Assembly (NCBI GenBank): GCA_039587355.1
Contig: JBDHIO010000002.1
Span: 95,824 to 159,823, forward strand
Source of the DNA: Gemmatimonadota bacterium
GTDB lineage: Bacteria; Gemmatimonadota; Gemmatimonadetes; Palauibacterales; Palauibacteraceae
Length of the DNA: 64,000 nucleotides
Direction of reading: 5' to 3'
A program made the position numbers and the translations under genes. A model generated the notes under the pieces. The model ran no database searches, had not been told where the DNA came from, and saw only the letters and a program-made list of their open reading frames with translations. Positions 28,564-41,172 of this stretch are shown here, piece after piece. The number at the start of each line of letters is the position of its first letter. Within the stretch, counting starts at the first letter, position 1.

Positions 28564-29676
28564 TCAGTGTGACGGACGCGTCTCCCGGCTCTCCCCCAAC
28601 CGGTAGACCCGTACTTCCGTACCGTATAGTGCGATCAAACGATCGCCCGACACCGCCGCGTCCACCAGTCCCCGATAGACCTCCGGCGCCCCCGTCACCC
28701 CCACGCGCTCGCCGGGCCACACCGAGAGCGCGATGAGCCGCGCGCTCGGGGAAGGGACAAGCCAGAGCCGGCTCCCGTCCATATGCATCCCCTTGAATGG
28801 AACCATGAACTCCCCGGTCGCGAACTCCGGTGGCACCGTTCTTCGGACCGCCTCCGTCTCCTCGTCGAGCATCGCGTACAACCAGCGAGGCAACGGCACC
28901 GGGACCACGTCCGCGATGCGGCTCCCTTCTCGATCGAGGATGACCCGCCAGAGCCGAAAGTCGGTCCCGTGCCGGTTGCGCAACAACGCGATCGACCCGT
29001 CGGGCAAACCCTCGAGAAGCAGTCCGTCGAGAGACATCCGATCGCCCGGGCCCCGGGTCAGTTCCTCGGGGATGACATCGGGAGCGATCGGAAGGTCGAC
29101 GGCCCCGCCCTCCGCAACACGCGCGAGCAGTGTTCGGGCACTGAGCGTGGGGACGAGGGGTGATCCGTCCCGAGCGATACCGAAATTCACCGGCGGGTAT
29201 GGCGTCCGGAACTCACCGACCATCGACCCCATTGGGTCGAACCGCGACAGCGTGCCCACGGCGGGTTCCGCGATCCACACATCCCCGTCCGGTGCGACCG
29301 CGAGCGACATGGGAGCGGTCAGCTCCCCCGGACCTGCTCCGGGGCGTCCGATGGGGTCTCCCAGCAGAATCCCATCCAGGTCGAAGGAGAGAACGCGCTG
29401 CGCCATACCATCGAGGACATGGAAGCGATCGCCTGCCACGGAGAGGCCGCGCGCAGACTCGATAACCGGCCCCGTGGTGCCGGCGACCTCAGCCGGGAAC
29501 CGGCTCATGAGATCGCCGGCGACGAGCATTCGCTCGGGCCCATCACCCGGCGCGGCATCGCGCGCGGTGTCCTCCGCGAGGCCACACGACACGAACAGCA
29601 CCCAGGCGCCCAGGGCGAGGCCCACGCGACCGCGGGGGATTCGCGTCGCCGTCCCGCCAGACGGCGTGTCACTCAT
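28564..29676 (-). CDS. Hypothetical secreted protein, beta-propeller-like repeats (NHL/6-blade type suspected)
   Basis: The ATG at 29676 (MSDTPSGG...) followed by a signal/anchor RVGLALGAWVLFVSCG. Repetitive G/D-rich beta-strand segments (VAPDGDVWIAEP..., IARDGSPLVP...). Confidence 0.5.
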   Translation of the reverse strand: MSDTPSGGTATRIPRGRVGLALGAWVLFVSCGLAEDTARDAAPGDGPERMLVAGDLMSRFPAEVAGTTGPVIESARGLSVAGDRFHVLDGMAQRVLSFDLDGILLGDPIGRPGAGPGELTAPMSLAVAPDGDVWIAEPAVGTLSRFDPMGSMVGEFRTPYPPVNFGIARDGSPLVPTLSARTLLARVAEGGAVDLPIAPDVIPEELTRGPGDRMSLDGLLLEGLPDGSIALLRNRHGTDFRLWRVILDREGSRIADVVPVPLPRWLYAMLDEETEAVRRTVPPEFATGEFMVPFKGMHMDGSRLWLVPSPSARLIALSVWPGERVGVTGAPEVYRGLVDAAVSGDRLIALYGTEVRVYRLGESRETRPSH

Positions 29677-30043
29677 ACGTTTCAACACCCGGGAATCCGC
29701 CGCTGCAGCGCAAGGATGTGCTCCGCTTGAGCAGTCTGTTGCCATCCGCGTTCACGTATGCATACCAGCATTCGCAGACGGAGCATTCCGCCCGGATCGA
29801 CGGCGCGAGCTGCACAGACCCGATGCGAAGAGCACCCTCCCACTCGAAGGCCTGCACGCAGAACCCGTGCGTGAACTCCGCCCAGCAGCCCGCACCGCAG
29901 TCGACCTTCGATTCGCAGCTGATCACTCCCGAGTCCCGAGCGGCCGCGTGCCCCGCCGTGACGCCGACCACCGGTGTCTGCCCCAGCGCGACCGCCCAGA
30001 TCGCGAGCGACAGTACACGCGCGCGCCTCGTCCAATTCCTCAT
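29669..30043 (-). CDS. Small cysteine-rich secreted protein (hypothetical)
   Basis: The ATG at 30043 is preceded by GGGGAGGA (SD). Signal peptide RARVLSLAIWAVALGQ. 11 Cys in about 95 mature residues. Its stop overlaps the downstream start (ATGAGTGA). Confidence 0.4.
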   Translation of the reverse strand: MRNWTRRARVLSLAIWAVALGQTPVVGVTAGHAAARDSGVISCESKVDCGAGCWAEFTHGFCVQAFEWEGALRIGSVQLAPSIRAECSVCECWYAYVNADGNRLLKRSTSLRCSGGFPGVETYE

Positions 30044-30209
30044 CCCGATCCTCCCCATCCCGTGTCCGGGGAGGACCGAACGCCCTCCCGCGACACACAG
30101 ATTCGCCGGAGAGGTCAACCGGCTCTCAAACAGAAACGCGAAAAGCCCCGGGGTCCGGGGCTTTCGCTCACATCACCTTCGCGACGTGTCCGTCGAGAAC
30201 GCCGACCGG

Positions 30210-32553
<2,344 letters not shown>

Positions 32554-33746
32554 CGATCCAGATCCCCGCCTCGCAACTCGATGTCGCCCGTCTTGGGCGC
32601 CGTCAGAATCACCTGCCCCGACCGGCCCGTTTCGAACAGGTCGAGCAGTCGCCGAGAGCGCCCTTCGTCCAGCTCGGCGAATACGTCGTCGAGCAAATAC
32701 AGCGGCTCCCGGCCCAGCCCCTCGTGCAACCGATCCGCCTCGAGCAACCGCAGGGCGAGAGCCGCCGTGCGCTGCTGTCCGCTCGACCCGTAACCCCGAA
32801 GGTCCCTGGCGCCTTCCGCACCCTCCAGCGGAAACCGCAGATCGTCCCTGTGCGGACCGACCACTGTCATGGCCCGGCGCCGTTCACGATCCGCACTCTC
32901 CGCCAGTGCCGCGCGGAAGCGATCCCTCCAGACGTCCGATTCCTCGGGCGCATCGGACGGATGCCGCAGCGACGCCCCCCGCGCGATTGACGATGAGTAC
33001 ACGACATCGGCCCGGTCACCGTCCGAGACCGTTTCGTAGTACCGCGCATAGCGCTCGCGGCCTTCGATCACCCATCGCTGACGCGTCGTCGTGATCCGGG
33101 CGCCGGTCTCGATCAGTCCCTCCGACCAGGCGGCGAGCTCGTCTTGCGACACACCGCGTCGCAGGGCCTCGTTCCGCTGACCCAGGAGGACCCGGTATTT
33201 CTGGAGCGCGGTGAGGTAGGTCGGCTCGGCGAGGGACAGCGAGACATCCAAGAACCGACGGCGCGACTTCGGGCCGCCCCTGATGATGTCGATGTCCTCC
33301 AGACGGAAGACGGCCACCCCGAGCCTCCCGATCCCATCCGACACCCGCTCCACCTCCTGCCTTCCGACTTCCGCCTTCTTGATCTTGCGGCCCCTGTCGT
33401 ACGCCGCGGCAACGACTCCCGCGTCACCCGACATGGTCCCCTCGATACGGAACACGTCCTGCCCGAACCTCACGAGCTGGGAGTCCGGGACTCCCCTGAA
33501 CGACCGGAAGACCTCGAGGTAGTAGATCGCCTCGAGCAGGTTCGTCTTCCCCGAACCGTTCGGTCCGATGATCGCCACACCGGGACCCGGAAACTCGCAT
33601 TCGAGTTCCTCGAAGTTCCGAAAATTGTGCAGCGTCAGGTGTCCGAGATGGGGCGTTGCGTGCGCCAAATTGGCGCGAACCGACTGTGCTTCGGAGGCCG
33701 TCATTATGGGGAAGCAAAATAGGCCGGAAACCCTTGTGGCGCAAGG

Positions 33747-33776
33747 AAAACCCGGCGGTCGGCAGGGGCTGCCGAC
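33747..33776 (-). terminator. Weak intrinsic-terminator-like hairpin downstream of hbd (GTCGGCAG-CCC-CTGCCGAC then CGCCGGGTTTT on the minus strand)
   Basis: Seen directly: 8-bp GC-rich stem with a 3-nt loop, then a 4-T run after 7 nt. The U-tract is short and not adjacent, so function is doubtful. It could instead be a regulatory palindrome upstream of recF. Confidence 0.25.
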
Positions 33777-33872
33777 ACCCTGCGACACGGTTCCCTGAGG
33801 TGGGGTGCGAGGCGCCGGCCCGACCGGGGCCGGCGCTCGCGATCGGGGATCGGGCCCCCGACCTGCTCGGAC

Positions 33873-34760
33873 CTACTGAACGAAGTCGGAGACCACCGGC
33901 TCGTCGTCGCTGTAGTCGTAAAAGCCCTTCCCCGTCTTCCGACCGTGGTAGCCGGCCAGGAACATCCGGCGGAGCAGCGAGGGCGCGGCGAACCGGGCGT
34001 CCTTGTACTCGTCGAACATGATCTCGGTGATGTGATACAGAGTGTCCAGGCCGACAAAGTCACCCAGCGTGAACGGCCCCATCGGGTACCCGCACCCGAG
34101 TCGCATGCCCGTGTCGATGTCCGGAATCGACCCCACGCCTTCTTCGTAGGCTCGGATGGCGTCGAGCATGTAGGGCACGAGAAGTCGATTCACCACGAAT
34201 CCCGTGTTGTCGCGGCAGGCGATCGCGCTCTTGCCGAGCGAGGTGCCGAAGGCGAACGCGGCCTTGAACGTCTCCTCCGACGTCGTCCCGCACCGCACGA
34301 CCTCGAGCAACGGCATGACCGGGACCGGGTTGAAGAAATGCAGACCGACGAATCGGTCGGGACGGTCCGTACCGGCGGCCAGCTCGGTGATCGAGAGGCT
34401 CGACGTGTTCGACGCGAAGATCGCGGCCGCCTTGCAGATCGCGCCGAGGCTGTTGAAGAGATCGTGCTTGGCGTCGAGGTTCTCGACGATAGCCTCGATG
34501 ACGATGTCGCACTCCGCGAGGTCGGTGAGATCGAGCGTCGCGTTCAGCCGCCCGAGCACTTCGTCGCGGTCCGATTCGGTCATCTTCTCCTTCGCGACAG
34601 CGCGGTCGAGGTTCTTCTGGAGCGCTCCCATCCCGCGATCGAGCAACCCCTGCTCTACTTCACGCACCACCGTCCGATACCCCGCCTGCGCGCTGATCTG
34701 GGCGATCCCGCTGCCCATCAGACCGCACCCGACCACTCCGACCGTCTGTATCTCGCTCAA
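33873..34760 (-). CDS. hbd: 3-hydroxybutyryl-CoA dehydrogenase (3-hydroxyacyl-CoA dehydrogenase, NAD-binding)
   Basis: The TTG at 34760 is preceded by GAGGAG. VGVVGCGLMGSGIAQ Rossmann motif. 3HCDH N- and C-terminal domains. Confidence 0.8.
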   Translation of the reverse strand: MSEIQTVGVVGCGLMGSGIAQISAQAGYRTVVREVEQGLLDRGMGALQKNLDRAVAKEKMTESDRDEVLGRLNATLDLTDLAECDIVIEAIVENLDAKHDLFNSLGAICKAAAIFASNTSSLSITELAAGTDRPDRFVGLHFFNPVPVMPLLEVVRCGTTSEETFKAAFAFGTSLGKSAIACRDNTGFVVNRLLVPYMLDAIRAYEEGVGSIPDIDTGMRLGCGYPMGPFTLGDFVGLDTLYHITEIMFDEYKDARFAAPSLLRRMFLAGYHGRKTGKGFYDYSDDEPVVSDFVQ

Positions 34761-34779
34761 TTCGCGCTCCTCGCGTGTG

Positions 34780-35691
34780 TTATTGTGATTCGCCTTCGAT
34801 CCCCGCGGACCGAAGCAACTTCTGGTGCCACGGCTCACCTTCGCCGGGCTCGAGTGTCTCGCCTCGTTCGAGTCGATCCAGCAGACCGAGTAGCGTGAGC
34901 TCCATGCGCTCGCGTTCCTTCTGGAGGTGCCGTCGCCCGGCAAAACGGGCCGTCGCCAGTCCTCCCGCCACGAGGGCTCCCGCGCCGACGAAGGCCAGCG
35001 CCGCGCCGCCGGTCGACAGGATGAGTCCCAGCGACGGGCCGATACTCGCCAACGACATTCCAAACATCCAGCCCCCGGCGGCCTCAGATCGCAGGTTCGC
35101 CATGTCCGCCGTCAGGGTGACGAGGGACCAGCCGCTCTCGAGCGGCTCCACGGCGACCTGCAGACGCTTCGCTTTCGCGATGGTATAGCCGTGTCCACCG
35201 ACATCCATCGCACGCCGCATCGACGAGACGAGCCCGCCCGCCGGCTCCCAGAGGGATCGGCCACGCTGCGCTCTCACGGGCTTGAGCAGTTCCTTGTCCT
35301 TCAGGTACTGCTCCAGGTTCCGCTCCACATCCACCTGGTTCCCCGGGACGACCCGGCTGACGCGGACGGTCGCGGGTCCGGCCCATTTCGCCATGAACCC
35401 ATCGTCCTCGACCGCCGCCGGCACGAGCGCTTCCGCCTCGATCTCGGCGAGGGCCTGCTGCACGTGCCGCGGTTCGATCCCGACCTCTTCGCCGATCCGC
35501 ACGACCTCGGCCTTGTCGAGAGTGCTCGGGAGGTGCGTCGAACTCTTGAACTGGAGGTCCGACGCCCGCCGGATCACCCGCTCGAGCTGCTCCTGGGTGA
35601 TCGGCGGCCCGCTCTCCGCGCGATGGGCCGGCGGGGGGCCCGACCCGGGGGGCTCGGGCAGTTCGGCGCCGGGGTGGTCAGTCGGCGGCAT
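34780..35691 (-). CDS. Hypothetical protein with a C-terminal membrane segment
   Basis: The ATG at 35691 ([15 protein letters not shown]...) avoids an Arg/Pro-rich extension. 14-nt overlap with the upstream SPFH gene end. C-terminal hydrophobic [36 protein letters not shown]. Confidence 0.45.
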   Translation of the reverse strand: MPPTDHPGAELPEPPGSGPPPAHRAESGPPITQEQLERVIRRASDLQFKSSTHLPSTLDKAEVVRIGEEVGIEPRHVQQALAEIEAEALVPAAVEDDGFMAKWAGPATVRVSRVVPGNQVDVERNLEQYLKDKELLKPVRAQRGRSLWEPAGGLVSSMRRAMDVGGHGYTIAKAKRLQVAVEPLESGWSLVTLTADMANLRSEAAGGWMFGMSLASIGPSLGLILSTGGAALAFVGAGALVAGGLATARFAGRRHLQKERERMELTLLGLLDRLERGETLEPGEGEPWHQKLLRSAGIEGESQ

Positions 35692-36661
35692 CGGTCCCGC
35701 GATCGACGGTCTCGCGCTCGGCGGCCGGCGCGGCGGCCGTGTCTCCGGAAGGCAGCATCGACGCCTCGTCGACGGACGCCAGCGTCCGCTCCTCGCTTCC
35801 GGTAAGGAAGTTCGCTTCCTCAACCGCGGCGGCGTGTGCCGCCGCGTCCTCAACCGCGGCGGCGCGTGCCGCCGCGTCGTCTACCGCGGCGGCGGCGTCG
35901 GGCGCACCCATGAGGTTGCCGAACAGCCCCTTGAACGACCCGAAGTCGATCGGCAACGGGAACAGCGTCGTGGAGTTGTTCTCCGCGGCGATCTCCGTGG
36001 CCGTCTGCAAGAACCGCAGTTGCAGCGAAGCCGGATACTTGCTGAGCTGTTTCGCGGCATCCCGGAGGTTCGCGGACGCCTGCAACTCGCCCTGGGCGCT
36101 GATGACCTTCGCCCGCCGCTCTCTCTCCGCCTCGGCCTGCCGGGCGATCGCGCGCTTCATCTCCTGCGGCAGGTCGACGTCCTTCACCTCGACGCCGGTG
36201 ACGTCGATGCCCCAGGCGTCCGTTCCCTGGTCGATGATGTCGCGGAGGATCTGATTGAACTTCTCGCGCTCGGCCAGCACCTCGTCCAGCTCGGCCTGCC
36301 CGATCACGGATCGCAGCGTCGTCTGGGCGAGCTGCGAGGTCGCGAACAGGTAGTCCTCGATCTCGAGGATCGCCCGCATTGGATCGGACACTCGGAAGTA
36401 CAGGACCGCATTCACCTTCACCGAGACGTTGTCGCGCGTGATGACATCCTGCGGCGGGATGTCCATCGCGATGATCCGGAGGCTGACTCGCTCCATGCGC
36501 TCGATACCGAACGGGACGAGGAAGATCAGTCCGGGCCCCCTCGACGGACGCGCGCGTCCCAGCCGGAACACGACCCCCCGTTCGTACTCCTTCAGAATCC
36601 GAAGGCTCGTTGCGAGCGCGATCGCGCCCGCGCCCGCCAGCACCGCTAGAAACGGTTCCAC
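35678..36661 (-). CDS. SPFH/band-7 domain protein (stomatin/prohibitin-like) with an Ala-rich repeat tail
   Basis: N-terminal TM plus SPFH core ([17 protein letters not shown]..., [16 protein letters not shown]). The C-terminus carries AAAV(D/E)(D/E)AAA(R/H) decapeptide repeats. Confidence 0.8.
   Translation of the reverse strand: MEPFLAVLAGAGAIALATSLRILKEYERGVVFRLGRARPSRGPGLIFLVPFGIERMERVSLRIIAMDIPPQDVITRDNVSVKVNAVLYFRVSDPMRAILEIEDYLFATSQLAQTTLRSVIGQAELDEVLAEREKFNQILRDIIDQGTDAWGIDVTGVEVKDVDLPQEMKRAIARQAEAERERRAKVISAQGELQASANLRDAAKQLSKYPASLQLRFLQTATEIAAENNSTTLFPLPIDFGSFKGLFGNLMGAPDAAAAVDDAAARAAAVEDAAAHAAAVEEANFLTGSEERTLASVDEASMLPSGDTAAAPAAERETVDRGTDAAD
35817..35900. repeat. 30-bp tandem direct repeat, 2.8 copies (CCTCAACCGCGGCGGCGYGTGCCGCCGCGT), inside the SPFH gene
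   Basis: Read directly from the sequence. Units at 35817-35846, 35847-35876 and a partial third copy. In-frame and encoding Ala-rich decapeptides. Confidence 0.8.
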
Positions 36662-36731
36662 AGCAACCTCTCCGGCTCGACGGTCCCGACGACGACCAGG
36701 CGGCCGCCGGCGAGGCCATGACCCCCTCGCG

Positions 36732-37928
36732 TTAGCTCTCGACCTGAACGATCACGGCGGCGCCCTGTCCTCCGCCGATGCAGGCGGTTCCAAGACCGAT
36801 GCCTCCACCCCGACGCTTCAGCTCGTGCAGCAGGTGGGTCGTGATGCGGGCTCCGGTCATCGCCAGGGGGTGGGTGAGAGCGATCGCGCCCCCATCGACG
36901 TTCACCTTGTCCCGGTCCAGTTCGAGCTCGCGTTCGACCGCGACGTACTGCGGCGCGAACGCCTCGTTCACCTCGATGAGGTCCACGTCATCGAGGGTGA
37001 GTCCCGCTCGCTCCAGAGCCGCCCGGGACGCGGGCGCGGGTCCGATCCCCATGATCCGTGGCGGCACGCCCACGACCGCCGACGACAGCAGGCGGCCGAT
37101 GGGCTCGAGCCCGTTGCTCGAGGCGTATTCGGAGCTCGCCATCACGAGCGCCGCGGCACCGTCTCCGATCCCGCTGGCGTTTCCGGCCGTGACGAGACCG
37201 TCCTCCTTGAAGTACGGGCGGAGCGCTCCGAGGCCCTCCATCGTCGTGTCCGGACGGAGATGCTCGTCCCGGTCGAACGCCTTTTCGCGCCCTTTTCTGC
37301 CGACCATCACCGGGACCACTTCATCGGCGAACCTGCCCTCGTCCCATGCATCCTTTGCCAGCTTCTGGCTGCGGACCGCGACCTCGTCGACCTCGGATCG
37401 ACTGATCCCATACTCCTCTGCGAGGTTCTCCGCCGTCTGGGCCATCGAGAACCCGCAATACGGATCGGTCAACGCCTCCCAGAGCGAATCCTCCAGCTGA
37501 CCCGCGGGCCCCAGACGGAGCCCCCAGCGGGCGCCCCGGACGATGTGGGGAGCCTGGCTCATCGACTCCGTTCCGCCGACGAGGCAGACGTCCGCATCAC
37601 CGAGCCGGATCTCCTGGGAGCCGTCGATCACGGCCTGGAACCCCGAGCCGCACAGTCGATTGACGGTGAGCGCGGGGGTCTCGATCGGGAGCCCTGCGCG
37701 AAGCCCGACGTGACGGGCCATGTAGATCGCGTCCGCCGAAGTCTGCATCACGTTCCCGAAGATGACGTGCCCGAAATCCGCGACGGGAACGCCGGAGCGC
37801 TCGACCGCGGCTTCCGACGCGACGACCCCGAGATCGATCGCGCTCTTGTCCTTCAGGCTTCCGCCGAACGTGCCCATGGCCGTTCTGGCGGCCGACAGAA
37901 AGACGATGCCGTTCCCATTTCCGCTCAT
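36732..37928 (-). CDS. Acetyl-CoA C-acetyltransferase (thiolase II)
   Basis: N-terminal active-site Cys context ([11 protein letters not shown]), C-terminal catalytic His and Cys motifs ([32 protein letters not shown]). Confidence 0.9.
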   Translation of the reverse strand: MSGNGNGIVFLSAARTAMGTFGGSLKDKSAIDLGVVASEAAVERSGVPVADFGHVIFGNVMQTSADAIYMARHVGLRAGLPIETPALTVNRLCGSGFQAVIDGSQEIRLGDADVCLVGGTESMSQAPHIVRGARWGLRLGPAGQLEDSLWEALTDPYCGFSMAQTAENLAEEYGISRSEVDEVAVRSQKLAKDAWDEGRFADEVVPVMVGRKGREKAFDRDEHLRPDTTMEGLGALRPYFKEDGLVTAGNASGIGDGAAALVMASSEYASSNGLEPIGRLLSSAVVGVPPRIMGIGPAPASRAALERAGLTLDDVDLIEVNEAFAPQYVAVERELELDRDKVNVDGGAIALTHPLAMTGARITTHLLHELKRRGGGIGLGTACIGGGQGAAVIVQVES

Positions 37929-38042
37929 CGATGGACTCCTCTATGCACACGGATACGTGTTTTCATTCAGCGTCTGAAAGTATCGAACGGGAGCACTTCG
38001 CGCAGAGGGGCCCGATCGGGGGAAACGCCGGAGGCGAGGGGG

Positions 38043-39107
38043 TCAGGCCCCGTGTTGCCGGACCCATTCGCACAGCCAGTCGCCGACCTCGCCGGTCGAT
38101 GACGACCCGCCGATATCCGGTGTCCGCGGACCGTCGGCCAGCGCGGCATCGACGGCGGAATCGAGCAGTCGCGCGGCCTCTACCGCCCCCTGGTCGGCGA
38201 GCAGCATCGCCGCGCTGAGGATCGCCGCCATCGGGTTGGCCTTGCCGGAGCCGACGAGGTCCGGGGCACTCCCGTGGACCGGCTCGTAGAGACCATGCCG
38301 GCCCGGGTTCAGGTTGGCCGAAGGGGCCAGCCCCGGACCTCCGACGAGCTCCGCCGCGAGGTCCGAAAGGATATCCCCGAAGAGGTTGTCCGTGACGATG
38401 ATCCCGAAACGCTCGGGTGCCCGAACCATCTCCATCGCCAACGCGTCGACGTACCTCGTCTCCGAGGGGACGTCATCGTACTCGGTAGCGATCTCGAGGA
38501 AGACCCGCCGCCACAGTCCATACATATGGGGTACCGCGTTCGCCTTGTCGGACAGCGTCACCCTCGCGCCGGTGGCGCGGGCGTCCTCGAACGCGAGCCG
38601 GACGATCCGCTCCACCGCCCGCCGGCTGGCGACGCCTTCGCTCGTCGCCACCTCCTCGGGTGTGCCCTCATGCTCCAGACGCCCGATGCCGCCGTAGAGG
38701 CTCTCGGTGTTCTCGCGGTAGATCACGAAGTCGATCGGTACCTGGTCCGCCCGCCTCAAGGGCGACAGAACGGCGGATCTGAGCTTCGCAGGGCGGCGAT
38801 TCAGGAAGAGGTCGAGCCGGAATCGCAGCCCGAGCAAGAGGTCGCGCGCGTGACGGCCGTCCGGCACGCGCGCATCTCCCACGGCCCCGAACAGAATCGC
38901 GTCGAACTCGTCCCGTAGCGTCGCGAACGTCTCATCCGATAGCGTCTCACCCGTCTTCAGGTAGTGCTCGGCCCCGTGAGGAAACTCCGTGAAGGCGGGA
39001 TTGACGAGACCGCGCTCCGCCGCGGCGGAAACGACCCGACAGGCCTGCTCGGTGACCTCGGGACCGACACCGTCCCCGCCGATCACCGCGATTCGAATCG
39101 GCGTCAC
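38043..39107 (-). CDS. Isopropylmalate/isocitrate/tartrate dehydrogenase family protein (LeuB-like beta-decarboxylating dehydrogenase)
   Basis: The GTG at 39107 gives VTPIRIAVIGGDGVGPEV. Family signature NLFGDILSDLAAELVGGPGLAPSANL. Confidence 0.75.
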   Translation of the reverse strand: MTPIRIAVIGGDGVGPEVTEQACRVVSAAAERGLVNPAFTEFPHGAEHYLKTGETLSDETFATLRDEFDAILFGAVGDARVPDGRHARDLLLGLRFRLDLFLNRRPAKLRSAVLSPLRRADQVPIDFVIYRENTESLYGGIGRLEHEGTPEEVATSEGVASRRAVERIVRLAFEDARATGARVTLSDKANAVPHMYGLWRRVFLEIATEYDDVPSETRYVDALAMEMVRAPERFGIIVTDNLFGDILSDLAAELVGGPGLAPSANLNPGRHGLYEPVHGSAPDLVGSGKANPMAAILSAAMLLADQGAVEAARLLDSAVDAALADGPRTPDIGGSSSTGEVGDWLCEWVRQHGA

Positions 39108-39913
39108 GGCGCGAGCGAGCGCCCGCACCGGGGGCAGAACGACCAGTCGGGCTCGAGGCGATCGCCGCAGGCGGTGCAGCGCGGTGCCTCCTGGTCCGAG
39201 CCGCAGTGCGGGCAGTACTTCAGCCCATCGCGGTCCGGGAGCTCGGCATCGCAGGACCAGCAGGGACCGGGCGCCGGTACGGACGGCGCCGACTGCTCGG
39301 GGTCGGGCTCCGCCTGCGGCTCGTTCGCGTCCGTTTCGGGGGCCGGCGACGCCGGGATCTCCGAAGCGGGCTCCGTCTCGCCTGGCTCCACCTCGGGCGC
39401 CGGAGAGATCGGCTCGGACGGCTCCGGCGTCGTCTGGACCGGCACGGGCACGTCCGCGGCCTCCTCCGCCGCGGGCTCGATCGCCTCGGGCCCGGGAGGG
39501 TCCACGTCGTCCGTCGGGGTCTCGACCGGCTCGTCCATCAGCCGATCGACGAGCGATGCGACGTCGGTCTCCCCCTCGAGCGATTCTGGAGCATCCGTCG
39601 ACCGTCGGAGTCGGAGAAGTCGGTCCGCGAGCGAGCGCGCGAACCCCAGACCGGGTTCCGTCCCCTCGAGCTCGCGCCTCGCCGCCGCCTCGACCGCGGG
39701 GTCCACCTGCAGGAGCGATCGATCGACCAGGAGACCGAGGAGCGCGACATCGTATTCACCCTTCCCCGCCATCCCCAGCGCCGCGCGCGCGACGGGGTAG
39801 GACAGGTGGGTGTCCAGCAGCCGCGCGAGGGTGACCGCGCGACCGGGATCTCCAGCCTCCGCGAGTCGGTCGTGGAGCAGGCGGGCCAGCCTGTCCGGCG
39901 AGGTCACCTTCAT
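39104..39913 (-). CDS. Hypothetical protein with a Pro/Glu-rich linker and a C-terminal double zinc-ribbon
   Basis: ATG at 39913 (MKVTSPDRLARLL...). C-terminus CWSCDAELPDRDGLKYCPHCG...CTACGDRLEPDWSFCPRCG. The long upstream extension in the ORF track is Arg/Ser-rich and was rejected. Confidence 0.5.
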   Translation of the reverse strand: MKVTSPDRLARLLHDRLAEAGDPGRAVTLARLLDTHLSYPVARAALGMAGKGEYDVALLGLLVDRSLLQVDPAVEAAARRELEGTEPGLGFARSLADRLLRLRRSTDAPESLEGETDVASLVDRLMDEPVETPTDDVDPPGPEAIEPAAEEAADVPVPVQTTPEPSEPISPAPEVEPGETEPASEIPASPAPETDANEPQAEPDPEQSAPSVPAPGPCWSCDAELPDRDGLKYCPHCGSDQEAPRCTACGDRLEPDWSFCPRCGRSLAP

Positions 39914-39938
39914 GGATTCGTCCTTCCGGAGAGGTCTC

Positions 39939-41033
39939 TCAGCGCTCGATCTCGAGGGCCCCGAGACGAGCCGAGTCCTCGATGAACGCTCGCGGACTCT
40001 CGAAGGACACCGAACCACCGGTGATGTCGTGGAGCCTGATGGCCTCCGCCCGCATGAAGTCGGCGAGCGACTTCGTGGGATCCCGACGGTCCCGCATGGT
40101 GCGGACGATGGTGTCCCAATCCCCTTCGAATACGATCCCATCCGCGGATCTGACGCGGTGCGACTCCTCCAGCCCGACCTCCGGCGGCCGTCCGAAGAGG
40201 TCGAGCTGGGCACGCACCCACGACGAACGGAGCCCCGCGGCGTCGGACTCGATCTCGGCGAGCAGCCGTTCCTCGGGGGTTGGCTCGGTCGCCAGTTCCT
40301 CGAGCACGAGCATGTACGGCCGAAGCTCTGGCGCGTTCTCGGCAAGGTCGTAGACGCGTCTCTTCAGCTCGATCAGCCTCCACGCGACGACGGGATCCGT
40401 CACCTGAGTCGGGGGAATCCGCTCGAGCTGCTCGAGGGCGGAAGCGAACTCGCCGAGCTCGTAAAGGATGTTCCCGTACAACGCTCGCGCATCCGAGAAC
40501 CCGGGATCGAGTCGCACGGCCTCGCGACTCCAGTTCAGGGCACCGTCGGTCACGCCGGCGCGGTAGGACGCATACGCGAGATCGAGCGCCACATCGGGGT
40601 TGAGGGGGTCCGCCTGTCGGGCGAGTCGGAAGAACCGCTCCGCCCGATCGATCAGCCCCTCCCGAAGCAGACTGCGGCCGGCACAGAGCATGAGCTCGAC
40701 GTCGGTGTCGTATCCCATCTCGATGAGGAGATCGAACGCCCGGAAGGCGCCGGCCCGGTCGCCGAGCCGCAGCTTGGCCTCCCCGATGCCGGCGAGAGCC
40801 TCTTCGTGGTCGGGATCGAGCCACAACGCGTGGTCGAACGCGTTGTGCGCCCACGGGAATTCCTCTCGCGCGAGACGCGTGTAGCCGAGAGAGACGTGTA
40901 GCTCGGGGGACTCCGGGTAGCGACCGAGCGCACGCTTCAAGACATCCAGCGCCTGGTCGTATTCGCCGGCTTCGTAGAGGCGTTGAGCCTCGGCGTCGTA
41001 TTGATCCCCGTTCCAGTAGCCGGGTTCGATCAC
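39939..41033 (-). CDS. Tetratricopeptide (TPR) repeat protein
   Basis: Multiple 34-residue TPR-like units (YEAGEYDQALDVLKRAL..., GDRAGAFRAFDLLIEMG..., GEFASALEQLERI...). Confidence 0.6.
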   Translation of the reverse strand: MIEPGYWNGDQYDAEAQRLYEAGEYDQALDVLKRALGRYPESPELHVSLGYTRLAREEFPWAHNAFDHALWLDPDHEEALAGIGEAKLRLGDRAGAFRAFDLLIEMGYDTDVELMLCAGRSLLREGLIDRAERFFRLARQADPLNPDVALDLAYASYRAGVTDGALNWSREAVRLDPGFSDARALYGNILYELGEFASALEQLERIPPTQVTDPVVAWRLIELKRRVYDLAENAPELRPYMLVLEELATEPTPEERLLAEIESDAAGLRSSWVRAQLDLFGRPPEVGLEESHRVRSADGIVFEGDWDTIVRTMRDRRDPTKSLADFMRAEAIRLHDITGGSVSFESPRAFIEDSARLGALEIER

Positions 41034-41172
41034 CCTGATGACCGCTCGAACGTTCGGGTTTCGGTTGAACGACTTTGCGATTGATCCGCGCGTTTCTTAT
41101 ACGCTACCGAGCACCCTCTGAGCAACTCCGCGCGAACTGCGGGCCCCGCCGAATTCCCGTCGAAGACGCGAC

